This document shows positions 32,414 through 35,579 of a stretch of DNA of 35,579 nt, piece after piece (the stretch's first letter is position 1; the number at the start of each line of letters is the position of its first letter). Location: positions 1 to 35,579 of IMG/VR virus record IMGVR_UViG_3300043932_000058; one strand, written 5' to 3'. The DNA comes from a virus. Its lineage: Duplodnaviria; Caudoviricetes. Both the position numbers and the translations under genes were made by a program. The notes under the pieces were generated by a model. It worked only from the letters and a program-made list of their open reading frames with translations. It was not told where the DNA came from and searched no databases.

Positions 32414-32595
32414 TGACCGCCTTCAAACAGGTTCTCTCCGGTTTTTGCGTCGCGCTCGCGTTTGCGCTGGCCTCAGTAGGGGTGTCGGCGATTCGTGACG
32501 GCGAGGCGCGTTTCGGTGCGTGGCTTGTCATCCTCGCACTAATCCTGACCGCCACGACCGCCTTCCAGGTGGGAGCAGGTGAGCGAGATGAGTAG
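32410..32595 (+). CDS. small membrane protein (2 TM)
   Basis: GGAGG RBS; two hydrophobic segments. Confidence 0.65.
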   Translation: MMTAFKQVLSGFCVALAFALASVGVSAIRDGEARFGAWLVILALILTATTAFQVGAGERDE

Positions 32596-32776
32596 CTGGA
32601 AACTTGTAGCATTCGGCTTCTTCGCGGCGATTATCGCCGTCGCATCCATCACCCTCGGCATCGCATCAATCCGCCTCGGACAGGCCGGATATGGCGCACT
32701 CGCGATCCTGATCGGCCTCAGCTGTGGCGCCGCTGCCGGTGTGATCATCAGCGAGGCGTGGGGAGGCAGACGGTGA
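32588..32776 (+). CDS. small membrane protein (2 TM)
   Basis: Overlapping start; two hydrophobic segments. Confidence 0.65.
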   Translation: MSSWKLVAFGFFAAIIAVASITLGIASIRLGQAGYGALAILIGLSCGAAAGVIISEAWGGRR

Positions 32777-33348
32777 TGGCGACACTCGATATTTCTCGTG
32801 AGCCGTGGATGGTGTCCGCGTCGTGTGCGCAGGTGGATCCGGAAATCTTTTTCCCGCCGTCGAATGGTTCGCCCGCCCCAGCGCTGGCGGTCTGTGCCGG
32901 ATGTCCGGTGCTTGCGCAGTGTCGTGAGTATGTGGATCGCGTTGAGGGCAAAATCGCTTCCAGGTTGATCTATGGCATTTTCGCTGGTGAGACGGCTATG
33001 CAGCGGTCTACTAGGCGACGTGCTGAGCGGCACATGCCAAAGCGGCGGTATACCAAGTGGTCGAAACCACAGTATTGCGTCCGGTGCGGTGTGCTCATGC
33101 GGCCTTGCTACATAAAGTTGGCCGATGCGCCTGGCACACTCCCATACGGCGCGCGTGGCATGTGCTCCCACTGTGCATACGGCACCACCAATCGCACATG
33201 GATTGACTGGTCGAAACCGCAGTATTGCGCCGGATGTCATGTCCGGATGCGGAAAAAACATGATCGCGCATCCGACTATCCGGACACGCGTCCATATGGC
33301 GCTCGCGGATTTTGCCAGCGATGTGCGCGGCGCGGAGGTGCCAAATGA
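32773..33348 (+). CDS. whiB: WhiB-family transcription factor with two extra C-terminal Cys4 repeats
   Basis: W...ASC...DPEIFFP...C..CPV..QC...GIFAG is the WhiB signature; tandem WSKPQYCxxC...PYGARGxCxxC units follow. Confidence 0.88.
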   Translation: MMATLDISREPWMVSASCAQVDPEIFFPPSNGSPAPALAVCAGCPVLAQCREYVDRVEGKIASRLIYGIFAGETAMQRSTRRRAERHMPKRRYTKWSKPQYCVRCGVLMRPCYIKLADAPGTLPYGARGMCSHCAYGTTNRTWIDWSKPQYCAGCHVRMRKKHDRASDYPDTRPYGARGFCQRCARRGGAK

Positions 33349-33560
33349 GCAGGCGTTTTGAAGGCTACGTAGGCGCGGCGGCTGCGGTTGATACGGATGG
33401 CCGGTATGTGCTCCTAGAGATCGGCGACGACCTGATCCCGCTCACCTGCGAGGACGCTGAGCGGCTCGCCAGGGATCTGACCCGAGCCGCCGATGACCCA
33501 CTCACTGACGAGGACCGACAGTACGAGACACAACGAGATTTGGAGGCGTGGGATGACTAA
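33345..33560 (+). CDS. hypothetical protein
   Basis: GGAGG RBS; ATGA overlap with whiB. Confidence 0.65.
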   Translation: MSRRFEGYVGAAAAVDTDGRYVLLEIGDDLIPLTCEDAERLARDLTRAADDPLTDEDRQYETQRDLEAWDD

Positions 33561-33828
33561 TTTCTATGTGACTTTCGGCCCGGATGACGCGGCTCACGGC
33601 CCGTCGTGGCTGGATCGTCACGGGTATGTGACCGTGACCGCGACGGACATTGAGGACGCGCGGAAGATCGCGACTAAATGGTTTTCGTACACGGAGCAAA
33701 CGCCGATGGGCGAAACTTTCTCCACCGGCTTCTGCGACATCACACCCCTCGTTCCTGAGCCGCGATTCTTCCCACTCGGCTGCATCGGGTACGCGAGCCG
33801 GGACGAGCTACGGAGGGCTGAGAGGTGA
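33553..33828 (+). CDS. hypothetical protein
   Basis: GGAGG RBS; MTNFYVTFG...GYVTVTATDIEDAR. Confidence 0.7.
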   Translation: MTNFYVTFGPDDAAHGPSWLDRHGYVTVTATDIEDARKIATKWFSYTEQTPMGETFSTGFCDITPLVPEPRFFPLGCIGYASRDELRRAER

Positions 33829-34664
33829 GCGAAACATTCGACATTGGGCTACACCCAGGTATCCCGAACGCGGTCTACCAGCGCGGGCTTGCAACCCCGC
33901 GCCCGTTATCATCAACGCTCGCCAAGAATCTCCTGCGCAGACTTCCAGAGGAAGTTCTGTGGGAACTCGAGCATCACGAGACGAAGCAAGCGTACGATTT
34001 CGGGACCGCCGTCCATGAGCTGATCCTCCAGGGAGGATTACAGACAGTCCAGGAGCTTGACTTCGATTCTTTCCGAACAAAAGAGGCTCGTGCCGCGCGA
34101 GACGAGGCGCGTGAAGCCGGACTGACTCCCATGCTCACGTCAAGCCTCACCGCTGCGCGTGAAATGGCTGCGGTCGTGCGTAAAAAACCCGAGAACGCCG
34201 CGCTACTCGCCACGGGTGGTGACGCGGAAATCAGTGCCCTCGTGGAATACGACGGAATCACAATGCAGACCAGATACGACTATCTGCGGCTACCGGACGA
34301 AACGCATGAGGGTTTCATCTTGGATCTGAAAACCGTTGAAGGATCAGCCCACCCGCGCGGCTTCGTGAGGAACGCGGCCTCATACGGGTATCACATCCAG
34401 GCCGCGATGTATCAGACGGTCTTGGAGCTTCTTGGGTATCCGCGACTGCCATTCATCTGGCTGGTGGCATCGAAAACGCCGCCATATGCCTCCACGCTGA
34501 TCCAGGCATCCCAAGTGGATTTGGAGGTGGGTCGCGAAATGCTCGCCGCTGCCATCGTCCAGTGGAAGAAGGTTCTCGCGGGAGAGGTTTCCACCACCGG
34601 TATTACACAGTCGCAATTCCCTACATGGATTCAATACGAAATCGAGGATTTGACCAATGAGTGA
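33825..34664 (+). CDS. RecE/exonuclease VIII-like PD-(D/E)XK nuclease (DUF3799-like)
   Basis: LSST, FGTAVHELIL, AEIS, RYDYL, ILDLKT and YGYHIQAAMY. Confidence 0.88.
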   Translation: MSETFDIGLHPGIPNAVYQRGLATPRPLSSTLAKNLLRRLPEEVLWELEHHETKQAYDFGTAVHELILQGGLQTVQELDFDSFRTKEARAARDEAREAGLTPMLTSSLTAAREMAAVVRKKPENAALLATGGDAEISALVEYDGITMQTRYDYLRLPDETHEGFILDLKTVEGSAHPRGFVRNAASYGYHIQAAMYQTVLELLGYPRLPFIWLVASKTPPYASTLIQASQVDLEVGREMLAAAIVQWKKVLAGEVSTTGITQSQFPTWIQYEIEDLTNE

Positions 34665-35448
34665 AATTGTCCGCCGGGAAACCGGGAACGTCCAGCCAGC
34701 GTCACAGGCGACGCTCACCGAGCAGGCGCGCGCAGTCGCAGAAGTGCAAGCCGCCGTCACTGTCGCCCAGCAGGTGCGACGCGACCAAGGCCGGGCAGAA
34801 GCCGAAATGAAAGCCACCTGCGGGCGGCTCTCGGTCGCGAACAAGGCGTTCTACACCGTCCCCAACCGTGGCAGTGGGCCAACGGTACATCTCATGCGTG
34901 AACTCGCCCGGATTTGGGGAAACATCGACTACGGGGTGCGGGAACTACGCCGAGACGACCACGAGGGAATATCAGAAATCCAAGCATATGCGTGGGATCA
35001 AGAGACGAACGTCCGTTCCACGCGGAGCTTCATTGTCCCTCACGAGAGAATGGCGCGGAAATCCAGACAGAAGCTTACTGACTTGGGGGACATCTACCTC
35101 AACAACCAGAATGTTGGCGCGCGCGCGGTTCGCGAATGTATCGCGACCGTGCTCCCCAGTTGGTTTACGGATGAGGCGCAGGCGATTTGTCACGCGACAT
35201 TGCAACACGGTGATGGGACACCGCTTGCTGATCGTGTAGGCAAAATGCTCGCCGCATTCAAAACACATTCCGTCACGCAGGCGATGATCGAGGCGCGGCT
35301 CAAGCGTCCCCGTACTGCCTGGACGGCTGGTGATCTTGCTGAGCTGACAACGATTTTCCAGAGTCTGGAGCGCCACGAAATCACGGTGGAGGAAGCTTTC
35401 CCTCAGGCCGTGACCGTTGATGAGCTGACAGGCGATGTGAGCGAGTGA
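34657..35448 (+). CDS. putative single-strand annealing/recombination partner of the RecE-like nuclease
   Basis: Overlaps the nuclease gene; ARAVAEVQAAV...GPTVHLMRELARIWGNI. The function is inferred from position only. Confidence 0.55.
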   Translation: MSEIVRRETGNVQPASQATLTEQARAVAEVQAAVTVAQQVRRDQGRAEAEMKATCGRLSVANKAFYTVPNRGSGPTVHLMRELARIWGNIDYGVRELRRDDHEGISEIQAYAWDQETNVRSTRSFIVPHERMARKSRQKLTDLGDIYLNNQNVGARAVRECIATVLPSWFTDEAQAICHATLQHGDGTPLADRVGKMLAAFKTHSVTQAMIEARLKRPRTAWTAGDLAELTTIFQSLERHEITVEEAFPQAVTVDELTGDVSE

Positions 35449-35579
35449 TGAACACGCGTAACAACGTCATAACCGCCATCGGAGAGGTGTTGAACGAGGA
35501 GGGTTTCACCTGCTGGGGAGGCTCACACGAGCCGGGGCATTACAAGGACTGCGAGCGATGCCATCGCGTGTGCGATCGT
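35448..35579 (+). CDS. 5' part of the junction-spanning Cys/His-rich hypothetical protein (70 aa in total)
   Basis: ATG coupled to the upstream stop (TGATG); exactly 44 codons to the last base, continuing in frame into base 1. Confidence 0.75.
   Translation, partial: MNTRNNVITAIGEVLNEEGFTCWGGSHEPGHYKDCERCHRVCDR

Noticed and set aside
33825-34664. Cas4 linked to the mini-array
   Set aside because: It is a PD-(D/E)XK nuclease without the Cas4 Fe-S cysteine cluster. The motifs and the neighbouring gene fit a RecE-like recombination module.

Overview
The window looks like a complete, circularly permuted genome of a temperate, high-GC actinobacterial siphovirus. An ORF runs in frame from the last base back into the first, and attP is intact rather than split into attL/attR. 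The modules in order are: DNA methylase, RusA, replication initiator with iterons, DnaB and SSB; a lipoprotein moron; HNH, terminase and an HK97-type head; a tail with a -1 frameshifted chaperone and tape measure protein; lysis genes; a leftward accessory operon; attP (3' part of tRNA-Arg-CCG) and tyrosine integrase; a repressor/Cro switch; and early genes (Xis-like, WhiB, RecE-like pair). The most notable element is the leftward cassette at 27033-28228. It has a sigma-A promoter overlapped by a perfect palindrome, then an acidic, lysine-free minimal GNAT acetyltransferase and an unknown-domain/HTH fusion. These are followed by a cas-less, single-spacer type I-E CRISPR mini-array and a terminator. 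I read it as a candidate combined protein-plus-RNA system for subverting host CRISPR; the spacer shares 15 nt with the phage's own tail gene. Also notable are a decayed diversity-generating retroelement (target protein, hairpins and RT C-terminal stub, with no template repeat seen) and a candidate pseudoknot switch over the tail-chaperone ribosome-binding site. All family assignments come from reading motifs by eye; no database searches were run.
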